Positions 1 through 12,259 of a DNA stretch of 64,000 nt are shown piece after piece. A program made the translations under genes and the position numbers. Below the pieces are notes generated by a model, which was given only the letters and a program-made list of their open reading frames with translations, did no database searches and was not told the origin of the DNA. Within the stretch, counting starts at the first letter, position 1. Every line of letters starts with the position of its first letter. The stretch comes from Phaeosaccion multiseriatum (lineage: Eukaryota > Protista > Ochrophyta, other classes): the NCBI GenBank assembly GCA_965112735.1, contig OZ218951.1, positions 3,906,001 through 3,970,000 on the forward strand. Direction: 5' to 3'.

Positions 1-1179
1 AATGTCTAGCTGGAGGCAGTGGAACGGGTCTAGCGTGGCCGAGACTGTACTCGTCCCTCCCCTCCGTACCTCCGACCGCACACTGCCTTGAAACAGATCC
101 GTAATGATTGAAGACCCCAGGATGGCCTTGTCCACCCCCGCGCTATTGAGAACGGCCTTGGTGCCTCCCTTGCACACCTGTGCCCACCCCCCATCTCCAC
201 CACTCCCTCCTCCCCCCCCCTCCTCCTCCGCCTCCCCCCCCCCCCCCTCATCTTGCCCACCTAGTCCACCCCCTTTCCCTTCTCCCCGAGTGGCAGAAGG
301 TAGATTCCGTTTTGCTTCCACCACCTCCTCATGCAGCTTGTCGAGATAAAAGACGAGAAACTCGTGAGCGTCCTCCTGCTCCCCCTGGTTGTAGCTGCGG
401 AAGGCACTAAACGTTTCCGCAAGGAAACCATCCGGCAACACAGCTCCATCGCTCTTGCTCACCACCTTCTTGTTCCACGCGAGATGGTGGTTTGGTTGCT
501 TCCCGCCACCGCCTCCGCCCTTCTTGCCCCCCCCCCCACTGAGGCTGACGCTAGGCGCCTCAAACACAGATAGAAACTCCGCCAGCTGACACCAGGTCGG
601 TAGCGTAGCCCTCCACACTGAGTCTTCCTGAGCGAGCTCGTCCTTGACCATGAGCAGCGTCTGCACCAGCGGCTCGCACGCGATGAGCGCCTGCAAAACC
701 ACATTCCTAAAGCACGTATTGCCCGAGTTTATCAGGCCCCGCTGCAGAACTTCGAGGCCCATTGCGCCCGTCTCCCAGGTGTTTCGGCCCAGTAACCCCA
801 TAACATCTACCGCAGGGGGGGCTGTCTTCAGCCCACACGGTTCTTGCGACAACGGGGCCCCATCTGCTGCTGGTGGTGCTGGTGGAGCTGGGGGCGGCGC
901 CGGTTGCTGCTCCTGCTCCTCCTCCTGCTCCTGCTGCTGGCCATGCGCTGCATTAGACTGCTGAGGCTTGGCCGCCGGCTCTCTCAGTAGCGACGCCCAA
1001 GATGATGGAGGGGCCTTCTGGATGGCAGGCTCTCTCTGCTCCATAGGCGGGGCAGGCTCCGACGCCGCAGGCTGTGGAGATGCGCTATACTGACCCTTCC
1101 CGGAGCCCTCCACGACAATAGACTCTAGCTCATCCTCCACATCACCAAAATCGCCGAAGGTGAGTGTCTCGCCATCCAT
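1..1179 (-). CDS. USP10: Ubiquitin-specific protease, USP10/Ubp3-like (3' part runs off the window start)
   Basis: Manual translation from ATG 1179 is open to position 1. It gives MDGETLTFGDFGD (FGDF motif), KAPPSSWASLL, the Cys box RGLINSGNTCFRNVVLQAL, QEDAHEFLVFYLDKLHEE and SIITDLFQGSVRSEV...ATLDPFHCLQLDI. The ORF track lacks it because there is no stop inside the window. Confidence 0.9.
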   Translation of the reverse strand, partial: MDGETLTFGDFGDVEDELESIVVEGSGKGQYSASPQPAASEPAPPMEQREPAIQKAPPSSWASLLREPAAKPQQSNAAHGQQQEQEEEQEQQPAPPPAPPAPPAADGAPLSQEPCGLKTAPPAVDVMGLLGRNTWETGAMGLEVLQRGLINSGNTCFRNVVLQALIACEPLVQTLLMVKDELAQEDSVWRATLPTWCQLAEFLSVFEAPSVSLSGGGGKKGGGGGGKQPNHHLAWNKKVVSKSDGAVLPDGFLAETFSAFRSYNQGEQEDAHEFLVFYLDKLHEEVVEAKRNLPSATRGEGKGGGLGGQDEGGGGEAEEEGGGGGSGGDGGWAQVCKGGTKAVLNSAGVDKAILGSSIITDLFQGSVRSEVRRGGTSTVSATLDPFHCLQLDI

Positions 1180-1836
1180 ATTGGAAAGTAAGAGCGGGAA
1201 GGAGACGGAGGAGGAGCCGCCGTCGGAATCTCCCTGACTTACTTGGATGTGTGTGTGCGCGTGTGCGCGTTGGTGGTGATGGTGGTGTTGCGTGTGTGTG
1301 TGTATGCACCCTCTCACTTTGTACACCTGCTGTGAACATAGGTCTCCCTGCGGATTTGTGGGCAGGTCAAAGAGAAGAGATCAGGAGGGGCCCCCGAGGG
1401 GCCCTGTCAGCAGCAGCAGTAGACGATTACAACCGCACCGTGAACACCGAGGCGGAGGCATACAGGGGGGCGACTGAGGTGGGTGAGTAAGTGCGTGAGC
1501 GAGTGAGGTGCGTGCGTGAGTGAGTACATGCGCGAGAGTGAGTGACTACAAAGCAGAGGGGTGATCTTGACAACAATTCTCTCTATTGTATTGTAATGTA
1601 ATATTTCGTTAGGAGGTGTGTTGGCGTGGCCATACCAACCCTCTTTCTCTATGTTTCGCGGCCCCCTCAGCCGTGATGAATCCTCTGACGTGCTCTCAGC
1701 TTCTGGGCCGATGGCACGCCCCTGAGTGAGCCCGGCTATGGACAGCAGATAGCTGATAGCAGTCAGGGGTCGACCGTGACTGCTCAGTTCTTGCTGTGCG
1801 CATAGCTTCTCTATCCTTGTGGGACGCTTCAGAAAC

Positions 1837-1972
1837 TCAGAATCCAATCTTGAGATCCCAGTTCTTCAAGCGATCGTCAGCCTTGTCCCTGTCGTCTTCC
1901 TCCTCCTCCTCATCGTCGTCATCGTCATCATCATCATCATCATCGTCATAATCATCATCATCCTCCTCCTCG

Positions 1973-2004
<32 letters not shown>

Positions 2005-3728
2005 GCTATCAAACTCGTCATCATCATCATCGCTATCAAACTCGTCTTCTTCATCGTCGAAATCCTCCGGGTCCTCGTCCATCCAGTCGGGGCCGTACTT
2101 CTCAAGCATCTCCTTCTCCATGGCTACGAGTTCTGCCTGTTTATTCATCTGGTCTGCACGAGCCGCTTCTCGTGCTTTCTGCGAAGGTGTAAGGGAGCAA
2201 ACAAACAGCAGCGCCCAGTGCACAGAGGGATGAGAAGAAGCAAACTACAAAATTCCCGCAGTCTTAGCCAAGTGGCCGAGCGCCGTAGCACCGCACCAAC
2301 TTACTTGTGCCACAGGGTCGTCCGGGTCGTTGATGTCGAAGAAGGCTTCCCGGGGAGCCTTACACTCCGGACACTTTGGAAGGGTGTGCGGGGGGGGATG
2401 AGAGAGAGGAGGAGGGGGGCGTGTCAGTGCAGTTGAGCAGAAACTCTGCTCTGACTAATGTCGTACGTCCTCTTACTGACCTCAAAGTTATCGATTTCGT
2501 CGAAGAAGGCGTCGTGTCGATTTCGGGCGGGGAAGAGGGCGTAGCCACACTCCGAGCACTGATACTTCTTCAGCTCCCTGAGGTGCTCCGGTTCTGTGAC
2601 TACATACTCCCACTACGCGAAGCACACACCCAAAAGAGAGGGAGAGAGATAGCCCGACGGGCACGAGAGGCACAGGTTTGTTCATCGAGATTAGAAAACA
2701 GCACAGCATATTAGTGGCAAAATAAGAATACGGAGCCTCTACTTCCACCAACACGCGCCTCCCTTCCGCTGCGGAGGAGGGCGTTTGCCTTCTTACCTGA
2801 ACATCTGCCTTGGTAGCCTTCCTCATGTCAAAACCTTTCCTAACAATTTTCCTTCCGACGAACGTGAAAGCCACCGACAAGAAGATAAGAATAGTGAAGA
2901 ATCCATACGTCACGTTCAGTTCAATCCCGATGGGGCTCTGGCCCTTGACCTGAACGGAAGGTGTGAGAAAAAGAGAGAGGTCAGACACACCACACGCACA
3001 CACACACAAGTATCGTCAACAAGAGCAAAAGGCAACGCACCTTGTACACTTTATCGTATTTGTTGAAATCTGGGTTCAGACTGAGCTCCTTCTCCCACTC
3101 ATTCAAGGCCTTCTGCCGTTGCTCCAGCGTAAGCTCCGACTCTTCTATTAGTTCATCCTCCTCGTCCAACAAAAGCCTCTCCTGTCGCTCAAGCTCTTTG
3201 GCCGTCATGCCTTTGAACTCCTCTAGCAACGCCTCCTCGTCAATAGGCGGTGCCGTGGCCTCGCTGCCTGCAATGTTAACCTTCCCTTTACCCTTGCCCC
3301 TCCCGAGCAACCCCATGGACAGGGATGTAAACCTCCCATTTCCGGAACCTTCTGTTCAGGCAGAGAGGGCAAGGGCACACGGAACGTAGAGGCACACGTT
3401 AGAGCGGGCTGTACGTTGCTTGCTACACGTGAATCATGTTTTAGAACGCAGCTTTTTGAGGAAGGCTAATAATGTGCATCGCCGTTCCATCCCTCCGCAG
3501 CAAAAAGGATGACGCACCTCTCCGGCCAACCTGGCCTACTCCTGAACATACTCTTCCTGCTTCGTTCCGCTCTCCTGCGCTTGCTCCTGAGGATCGCCGC
3601 GACAGAGCGGACGAGACGCCTCTGCCGCCCCCAAATCTCGTTGACACAAGAAACCCATCAACGGCGCTGCACCATAAGCTTACCGCCAAAAGGAGCGGCA
3701 GGAGGCTGACAGCGCCACCCGCCGGCAT
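1837..3728 (-). CDS. Plastid-targeted membrane protein with rubredoxin-like domain and poly-Asp tail (6 exons)
   Basis: Exons are about 3728-3518, 3352-3041, 2949-2797, 2613-2482, 2373-2305 and 2178-1837, with GT-AG phases compatible. The protein has a signal peptide ending AVDG-F plus a Ser/Arg/Gly transit peptide, an acidic helical region and a TM helix (YGFFTILIFLSVAFTFVG). These are followed by YQCSECGYALFPARNRHDAFFDEIDNFE|CPECKAPREAF (two CxxC knuckles) and a D-rich tail. Confidence 0.75.
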
Positions 3729-3904
3729 ACTCGACCAGCTACTGCTTCGGCCTTAGTTGCAATGCTTCTCTACCCGTGCGCGGCCCCCTTTAATTGCGGC
3801 ACTTGGCAGCCCCCCCTTTTCTACACGCACTTGGGTCACTTTGGTGAGGCCCAAGTCCTCATGGCCTAAAAGTAATAACGGATAATGGGCGCTAAGAAAA
3901 CGCC

Positions 3905-6900
3905 ATGAAGGAGGGCCTGTGGCCTATTCTCCTTCTGCTGCTTCAAGCTCTGGTGCTACTTCGGCCCAGTCATGGCAAAGGGGTCTTGGTGCGGATTCCA
4001 GCAGCAGAGGGAGTGAGGAGGGAGGCTCCAGCAAATAAAGGTGGGCGCAAGAATCCCATGACGAGGAACAAATGGAGAGACTTATTCTCCTCAGACGACG
4101 GCGCTATGGACTCTGGAGTGAATGAGATGTGGGCGGCGGCACAGAGTGCAGAGAAGGGTGTGAACCACCTCTTCCTAGTGGAGTGCCTGGCGGGGCCGGA
4201 CCCCTCTTGTGTCACGGGCATCGAGAACGCTACTGAAAGTCGCCACGTCTTCCCAGGTAGGAGACTGGCGGTCTTACATTCGCACACTCTCCCCTCTCTC
4301 AGCCTTCCAATCTTTTTTTTTCTCTCTCCCTCTCTTCTCTCTCTCAGTGGGCAAGTCCGGCTTTTACAGCGCGGCACTCCATGGCCAGCAAGCAAAATTG
4401 TTGGAGGATCTGGAGTGGATCGGGTCCGTCACACCCTTCACACCTGACCTCAAAATCGACGGGGCTCTGTGGGACAAGCTCGAGCGAAGCGTATACGCAG
4501 CATCAGAAAGGGTGGAACTGGCCGTAGCGCTGGAACTAACACGGGAGGAGCTCTGGCGCCCCATGCTTGAGAGGTGGGAGGCGAGCATGAAGACGATGGG
4601 CATCGAGGTTGACATGCTCGACCGAAGGATACATGACAAGCGAGAGAGCCGCGCCCTCCCTCCTGTACCGACCGAAAGACGACGCAGCGTTATGGCGGTG
4701 CGCAATGTGTCTGCCGACAACGTGTCCACGGTTGTGCAGTGGCTGGCGCGACTCCCCGCGGTACATTGGATAGAAGAGCGGCCACACTATGAGCGGAGCA
4801 ACGAGTGGGCAGCAGGGTAAGCAAGAAGGTGTAGAGAGGATGAAGCGATGGGTTGTGTGTGTTTTCTTCGTCCCTGTAGCGCTCATTCGTTTTCCCTTCC
4901 CCCCTCCCCCGGGTACAGAGTGGTTCAAGGCGGGATTCAGAAAGAGGATTTGGTCTGGGATTCGGGCCTCACCGCCACAGACCAGATTTTTGGCATCAGC
5001 GATACAGGAGTCGACTTGACATCGTGCTACTTCCACGATCCGTCGTGCAACCCTTTCGACGTCGCCACAGCCGACTTGAACTGTCGGAAGGTCGTTTCCT
5101 ACACGTGTTATGTTGACTGCTTAGGTAAGCTCACATCGGCACGCAGCTGGCCTTTGGGTGGAGGGATCAGTGGACCCACGAATCGACTTGGATTGTGGAT
5201 AGAACCCAATCGGCCAACCCGTCTCTCTCTCCCCCTCTTACCTAACCTCCTTCTTCAACAGATTATTACGAGGGCCACGGAACGCATGTGTGTGGCTCGG
5301 CTGTTGGAGCGAGCAGCAGCTCATTTAGTACGTCCTGGGAAGCTTTCGATGGGGGAGGGAAGGGGGGCAAGCTTGCCTTTATGGACGTGGGAGACGAGGA
5401 TGGCGCGTTGTCAATTCCAGCGGACCTGCACACAGACTTGTTGTCTGTGCTCTACGACTTCGGAGCCAGGGTGAGAGAGGGGAGGAGAGGAGAGGTTGGA
5501 GGGGGGGAGAGAAGAGGAGAAGAGAGGAAAGGAGAGGAGGGGAGAGGAGAGGAGAGGAGAGGAGAGGAGACGAGACGAGAGGAGAGGAGAAGAGAGGAGA
5601 GAAGGGAGGGGCGAGACGAGGAGAGGAGAGGATAGGGGACTGCAGAGGGTAAAGGGGAAGTGAACCCTGCTGAACGGCCTGTCTTCTAAAAACCTCCTCC
5701 GCAAATGCTTATTCCTCTCTTTCTCTCTCCTTCCCTCCCTCCCCTCCCTCAAAAGGTGCACTCGGCGTCATGGGGCAGCACAAGCAACACATACACGACA
5801 GACGCACGGGCTGTGGACTCCTTCTTGTTTGACAACGAGGATGCCTTAATGCTCCTTGCAGCAGGGAACTACGGACAAGATGGTTTCTCTTCCGTGGGCT
5901 CGCCGGCCACAAGCAAAAACGGCGTCGCAGTGGGGGCCAGTCTGAACGCAGCAGAGATGTGGGTAGAGCAGGACCTCGCTGTGGATCCTCAGGACTACAA
6001 TCAGTACGCCGTTGCCTACTTTAGCTCCAAGGGCCCTACAAGCGACGGACGGCTCAAGCCAGACATTGTCGCCCCAGGTCTGTATGTCGGGTATGAGGAA
6101 ACAGGACCAGCAGGAAGGGATTCGAATTTTTGTCTCCCTCCCTCTCCTCCTCCTTGATCCTTTACTGCACCAGTTTGCAGTCTCTCTTACCTTACATCTG
6201 TTCTCTTCTCCCTCCCTCTCTCTCCGTTCCTCTCCCTCTCTCAGGGTACTACATTTGGTCAGCGCTCAGTCAAGGCTACGACTCCAAGGAGGAGCACTGC
6301 GGCGTCGTAGGCCTGGCGGGCACTTCCATGGCCACCCCCACCGCAGCGGCCGAGGCTGCCTTGGTGCGCGAGTACTTCCAGCGAGGCTTCTACCCGTCAG
6401 GCATGGAGACTCCAGCGGATGCCTTCACCCCGAGCGGTGCACTCATCAAGGCCATGCTCATCAACTCGGGCGTGGAGATGAGTCACTTGCTACAGGAGGA
6501 CGGCACGAAAGCGGACGTGGACTTCCCTGGGACTGTGCAAGGGTATGGGCTGCTTTCACTCGGACAGGTGTGTCAAAGACTTAGAAAGACTGAGCTCTAT
6601 AGTTCAGACGGGGCTGATTCGTGGCTTCAAAGAGACGTCCTCTGACGTACTGACTTGCAAGTTTCAACCTTATGACTTAACCACTGACTTACTTGCAACA
6701 GGTGCTCTACTTGGACGAGGGCGTCGCTACCAGTTCCAGTGCGAGTGCCAGTGCTAAGAGGTCGGGGGGGTGCTCCTCGCTGAGCGTGTTTGGCGACACT
6801 GACCGAGGGAGCGATTTGCACGCGTCCTTAGCATCCACAGGCGACGTCGACACCTTCTCATTCAACGTGACGAGAACGAGCGACACGACCACGACGACGA

Positions 6901-7442
6901 CGACGGCAGAGGTAGACAACATAGAGATAGTGGTAACGCTGGTGTGGACAGACCCCCCCGGCACAGTGGGAGCCAGGAAGGTGTTAGTGAACGACCTCGA
7001 CATGGCCATTACAAACGAAGCAACAGGGGAGGTGCTCTACCCGCACACGGCAACTGCGGAACATCCTGACCAAGTCAATACGGTGGAGCAGATCACGATT
7101 CAAAGCCCCGGCAACGGGAGCTTCACCGTCACCGTGACGGCGGCCTCGCTGTCCACAGCTCAACCCTACGCCCTTGTCCTGACGGGTGCGCACCACATTG
7201 AAAAGGAGTCTATCCTGTCGGCGGTCAGCGGAGCATGGGACACATGGGACTCTTGGGGGTGGTTGGGCGTGTACCTGGCGGTGTTCTGCTTGGTGCTTGT
7301 GAGTGTGTGGAAAGCCACAGCGGCGGGGAAGGAGGTGTGGGTATGCCCTGCGCAGCGGCCAGTCAGGAAGCCCCCAGAAGCCCACTCGAGGTGGGAGTGG
7401 TTCTCTCGAACGCCCCTCTTGCATGATTCTGCAGAGTCTTGA
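3905..7442 (+). CDS. Subtilisin-like S8 serine protease, KP-43/TagA-like, with signal peptide and C-terminal TM helix (multi-exon)
   Basis: Catalytic motifs: Asp GISDTGVD (~4992), His GHGTHVCGS (~5273), oxyanion AAGNYG, FSSKGPTSDGRLKPDIVAPG and Ser AGTSMATP (~6316). C-terminal jelly-roll VTLVWTDPPG...LVNDLD...NTVEQI. Hydrophobic helix WLGVYLAVFCLVLVSVW. Confidence 0.9.
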
Positions 7443-7622
7443 CAGTCTTGACTGACTGACTGACTGACTGACTGACTGACTGACTGACTGATTGCCGGCC
7501 GCCCTCCCAGCCGGTGCATCAGGTAGATCGATACCCTGCCAACCACTCACCCAAAGCCTGAAAAACCTTAGAAACCTCTCAATGTAAGTATGTATATTCC
7601 TTTGATGGACTGCTAGATTTCG

Positions 7623-7842
7623 TCATGCTGCTGGTGGTGCCAGAAACAGAAGAATCGTCACCCCCACAACGGCGACAAGGGCGAAAAGGCTGGGGAGAGC
7701 ACAGCTCCGAGGCGCCGCTGCGAAAGCTGTGATCCAAGAGCAGTCCTCCCCGCCCCATGCGTACCACTCCCTCGACCTTACGTAAGGGTTGTACATCATC
7801 TCACACGCGCACACGCCCGTTGTGGAGTTGCAGTTTCCTGTG

Positions 7843-7909
<67 letters not shown>

Positions 7910-10900
7910 TCGTAGAGTGAGCGAGAAGGGGGAGCGCGTTTAGTCAAGCGGAGTGTTGTCATTGGTCAAGCGGTGATAGGCAGGTTGTTCTCGCCCCAAG
8001 GTACCGCAAGCTGTGCTCAAGCAACGCATAGGGCCTCTCCTGATCGAGTTGGTGGTATACGATTGCCGCAATGTGTACATGCGTTCGTGCATACGTACCA
8101 TGGGGGTAGGAGCAGTTGTTCAGGCATTCCTGAAACTGACAGTACTCGCCGTAGTAGCCTTCGTTGCATATACACCTGTGAGCGAAGGAAGGAAGGAAGG
8201 AACGAAGGAAGGAAGGAAGGAAGAGATAGATGGGATGGGTGGAAGATAAGTAAGACAATGCGCTTCCTTGCACTTGCAGGCCCCCGGGTGCTACCACCCA
8301 CACCTCCCTCCCTTCCTCCCTGCCTTACCGGCTGACGGGGAACTCGACACTGCACATGCCGTTGAAGGAGCAGTTGTGCTTGCAGTCCTTCATGCTGCAG
8401 TCGTCGCCGAGGAATGGCGGGGCGCACTGGCACGTGCCGAAGCCGTCGCAGATGCCGTGGCTCTCCCCCGGGATGTCTGCGCTGCACGCCAGCTTGGAAA
8501 CCACCTCCCCGGCGGAGCCGTACGTGTCCGTGTCTTGGTGCGTCCAGCCTCCCATACAGCAGTGCGAGCAAACCTGCCCACAGCAAAATGGAGCGGCAGA
8601 AGCAGCAGCAAGAGCAGTAGGAACAGCAGCAGCAGGGCGGGGAAGGAGTGGTCATGTTAGCCTCTTTGCAGCGCCTTCTCTTTTGTCATCAACCACAAGG
8701 CCCAAGCACAAGCAAGACCCAAGCAGACATACACCGACACACACGCACACCTGCTCGTTGGTGTATTCGTCGTAGTAGCAGAAGCTCCCTGGACACGACG
8801 TGTTGCTGCAGTCCAGCCCGTAGTAACCGTCATCACATCTGCCGTACAGCAAGGAGCAAGAACAAGACCAATAACAAGAATAAGAACAAGAACAAGAACA
8901 AGAACAAGAACAACAACAACAATCAAAGAAGAAGATGAGTGCCCAAGGTGGGGGGGGAGGGCGCTTGGATGGGCAAGGCAGCACCATAACGTGTGGCGGA
9001 GGAAAGAAAGCGCGAGGGGGGGTGGGTGTACGAGACGAACCCGAACCTGGCGAAGACAACACGAACCTGCAATAGCCGTAATGGCATTCCCCGGCATTGC
9101 TGCAGTTGGAAGGGCACGCGCTGACGGCAAGCTGCCACAGCTCATCCAACGCCCTGGTCTCAATGGTAAGATCCGACACAGGCAGGTACAAGTCTGTGTA
9201 GCCCAATCCCCCATACACGAGCAGCTTCTGATGCGTGGTGCTGTACACCGCCTTCATTGCGCTACGGTGTCCGGGTTGTTCCCACATGAGCTCTTGCGCG
9301 AGGTCCTCCCGTCCGTCTAAGCGGTCTCGGCAGCCGTCCCATCCCGGGGCTTGCCTGTGTGTGCAGTTGACGAAGGAGGTGGGGGGAGGGGGGGGGGAGG
9401 GTGCGTGTAGGGGAGGAGAGGGGAGGAGAGGGGAGGAGACGGAGGGGTTGTGTGCGTGGAGAGGGAAGGAGAGGGGAGGGTGAGGTGGGGGGAGGACAGG
9501 GGAGGACAGTGGAGGGGTGGGGGGACGGAAGGGGAGGCAAGCGGGGAGAGGAGGGGAGGGCTGGTCAGTGGCAGCGGCTCCAGCTCCACAGGCCCCAGCT
9601 CCACAGGCCCCAGCTCTACGGGGTCCAGCTCTACAGGCTCCAACCCACCCCCGCGCATCGCCCCCCCTCCCCCCTGCCCCACGGAGGCAAAACCAGACGG
9701 ACCTGCGAGGCTGCGCAATGAAGATGCTCTCGCTAGCCCTGCCGAACAGCCCGTCGGTGGCCGTGTCTCGAGTGGGCTCCCCAAACACGCTTGTGCACCA
9801 CTCGTACAAGGTGGCGTTGTGGGTGGAGTTGAACTGATACACAAAGGGCCGTACATACTGCCGAGGGGCGGTGGCGGCATAGGGTGCCATGGGCTCTCCC
9901 TCCTCTGCGTTGCTACGCGGAAACTGGGACAGGACTCCTGAGGGGTCCTCGCCTCTATTCATAATGCCGTAGTAATGTCCAAAGGCGGCGTCGGGGTAGT
10001 AGTAGTCCTGCTCCGCAAAGCCCAAGACCTCATACTCCGTGCTGCTGCTGCTGTCCCTCTCCAGCTCCTTTGGCCACAGCAGCCGCGTACAGTTCTTGTC
10101 GCGAATGTGGTCCAGATCGTCAGTGCAATTCTCCGGGTACTTTGCCGTGACAAAGGAGGTGCGTTCGAGCCAGCGATTGGTGGTGGTGTTGAACTGCCAC
10201 GTGTCGCCGTAGTGGTGGTTACTGTAATAGCCCCCAAAGAGCAGCAGCAGGCTGTCCACCTTGACGACTACGTGATCCATCCTGGCGCTGGGGTTGAAGG
10301 TGCTGTTGTACACAATCTCGTTCCAGTAGCCTGACGAGTAGTTGAAGAACCAGAGGTCGTCCAGGAAGAAGGGGTAGTCCGCATAGGGGCGAAACCCCGT
10401 GCTGGACAGACTGCCCGTGCCTGCATCACTGCCCGCCCCCGTGGTGCTCATGTACGGAAAGTACGTGGTGTAACCCCCGTGCACAAACATACCCCCCAGG
10501 TCCTCATCCCACACCGCCACGTGTCCTGCTCTGGCGGTTGGCCAGCTCGTCTCGCAGGTAATGTCATTTCGCTCTGACCAGGCCATGCCTGGGTCATCAT
10601 AGCACGTCTGCAAGGCCGGGGGAGATGAGAAGTTGCCATAGTCGCTGGAGTCAATGGGCACCTGTGTCTCGGGGTCGAGCTGTGTCTTGTTGTATATCCA
10701 CAAGTCGCCCAGATAGCCCCCCCGGGGCAACACATCTCTGCTCTCCCAGGCGTTTGCCTCGGAGTTGTCCGAAGCGAAGCCGTGCCACAGCCGATGCCCC
10801 CCAAAGATTAGCATCTTGTAACCGTCATAACCTATGCTGAAGCGCCAGCGCTTTCCCGGCCCTTCTTCGTCGGAAAAATGACCGGCGGTGTATATCTCCA

Positions 10901-11837
10901 TCCACGTGTTGTCCCGGAGGTCGAAGGACCACACGTCATCGCAATAGTCACCACAGAGATGGCTGGGGGGGGCGGGGGGAGGGACCGAGGGGGACATATG
11001 TATATATTAGGTGGTGTGTGCATGCTTTGCCCCCTCTCCCCCTGACGAAGCGGACCCACAGACCCACCTGTACCCGCCATAAATGATCATTGTCCCGTCG
11101 GCAAACATGGCCGCAGCGTGCCCCCATCGCTCGCTGGGTGTGGTGCACAGCTCGGTGCCCAGGTAGTACTTACAGCCTCCGTTTCGCGCCCCTGCGTTGA
11201 GCACTCGCCAACCATCGTCCTCGCAAGGCCCGTCCAAGGTGCGCGTGCAGTTGAGGTCGTACAACCACACGTCGTTAAAGTAGACCCCCGTTTCAATGCT
11301 CAAGTCACATGTGCTGGAGCTGTTGTCGCTAATGTTATTGAGGACATTGTACTGGCAGTCCAAGACGGGCATCTCGTCGTAGCTTACAAAGTCCAGAGAG
11401 CCGTTCTGCCGGACTATCTCGTATGTCTTTGGGATGTGCTCTCGCCGAGTATTGTTGCCTCGCCCTCCAAATAGGATCATCTGTGGGGTTGTTGTGATTG
11501 CGTGCCATTTAGAAGAGACTATCGCAGGGACAGGACTGCTCATGAGCGCCAGACATACGTACCTGTGTGTCGTTGTGCGACATGACGATGCTGTGTCCGT
11601 ACCGCCCGCCTGTCGAGAAGGTGGAAGGATTTGTGCGCGGTATGGGAGGTCAATCTTTCTGGCCCCTTCAAGACCAGCTTTCCTTCTAGGACACTCACCT
11701 GGGCCGTCCGTTAACCCCCAGGTGTCCATCCACTCCTCGGACGTCTCCCCGTTGTTCTCCCATAGCTTCCAGGCCGAGGACAAACCCAAGCAGGCGAGGA
11801 GCAACAGCGATAGCAGCGGCAACCGCCCCACGGCCAT
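7623..11837 (-). CDS. Secreted/surface kelch-repeat protein with tenascin-type EGF repeats and a hydrophobic (GPI-like) C-terminus (multi-exon)
   Basis: Signal peptide MAVGRLPLLSLLLLACLGLSSAW. Kelch blades include PSERWGHAA..MIIYGG, DDVWSFD, PTARAGH..MFVHGG and PSARMDH..LLLFGG. EGF repeats include CPSNCSNAGECHYGYC, CKHNCSFNGMC and CLNNCSYPHG|NCNSTTGVCAC. The last exon (7838-7623) ends LFALVAVVGVTILLFLAPPAA*. Confidence 0.82.
7845..7908. repeat. (GT)n(GA)n compound microsatellite in the last intron of the kelch-EGF gene
   Basis: Directly visible dinucleotide runs next to the acceptor at about 7839. Confidence 0.9.
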
Positions 11838-12259
11838 GTCTAGGTGAACACTTGTCTCGGTCACTCACATGACCACCCTCCCTCAGCTTCCATGCCCTCT
11901 CGAAGTGTTGGCCGGGGGAGAGCGATCCGAGCACCCAAAGATCACAGTAGCCAAGTAGAGATCCAGAGAGACCTTCTGACTACATATCCTCTCCACCCTC
12001 CCTCCCCGCAGGGCACACGCAAGCCTTGAGCTGATTGGTCTGTCCAGGCGTAGTTGGGATGCTGAGAGGGACGGGAGGGTAAGCAAAGGGAGCAGAGGTT
12101 GAGAAAATCGGTGGGAAAACAGTTGACATTGCCATGGCTGAACTGAAACTAAAACTGCGTTGCTCTTGCCAAGCACACCCCCCGGGTATTGGAGGACGGC
12201 GTCCCCCTTGACAGAAAGGCGGCCTCTCCGGGGCAGAGGCCACAGCACAGGGGCCAAGC

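Noticed and set aside
1673-1736. GTGATGA...CTGA, possible C/D snoRNA
   Set aside because: No recognisable rRNA guide, no snug terminal stem, and it lies antisense to the flanking genes.
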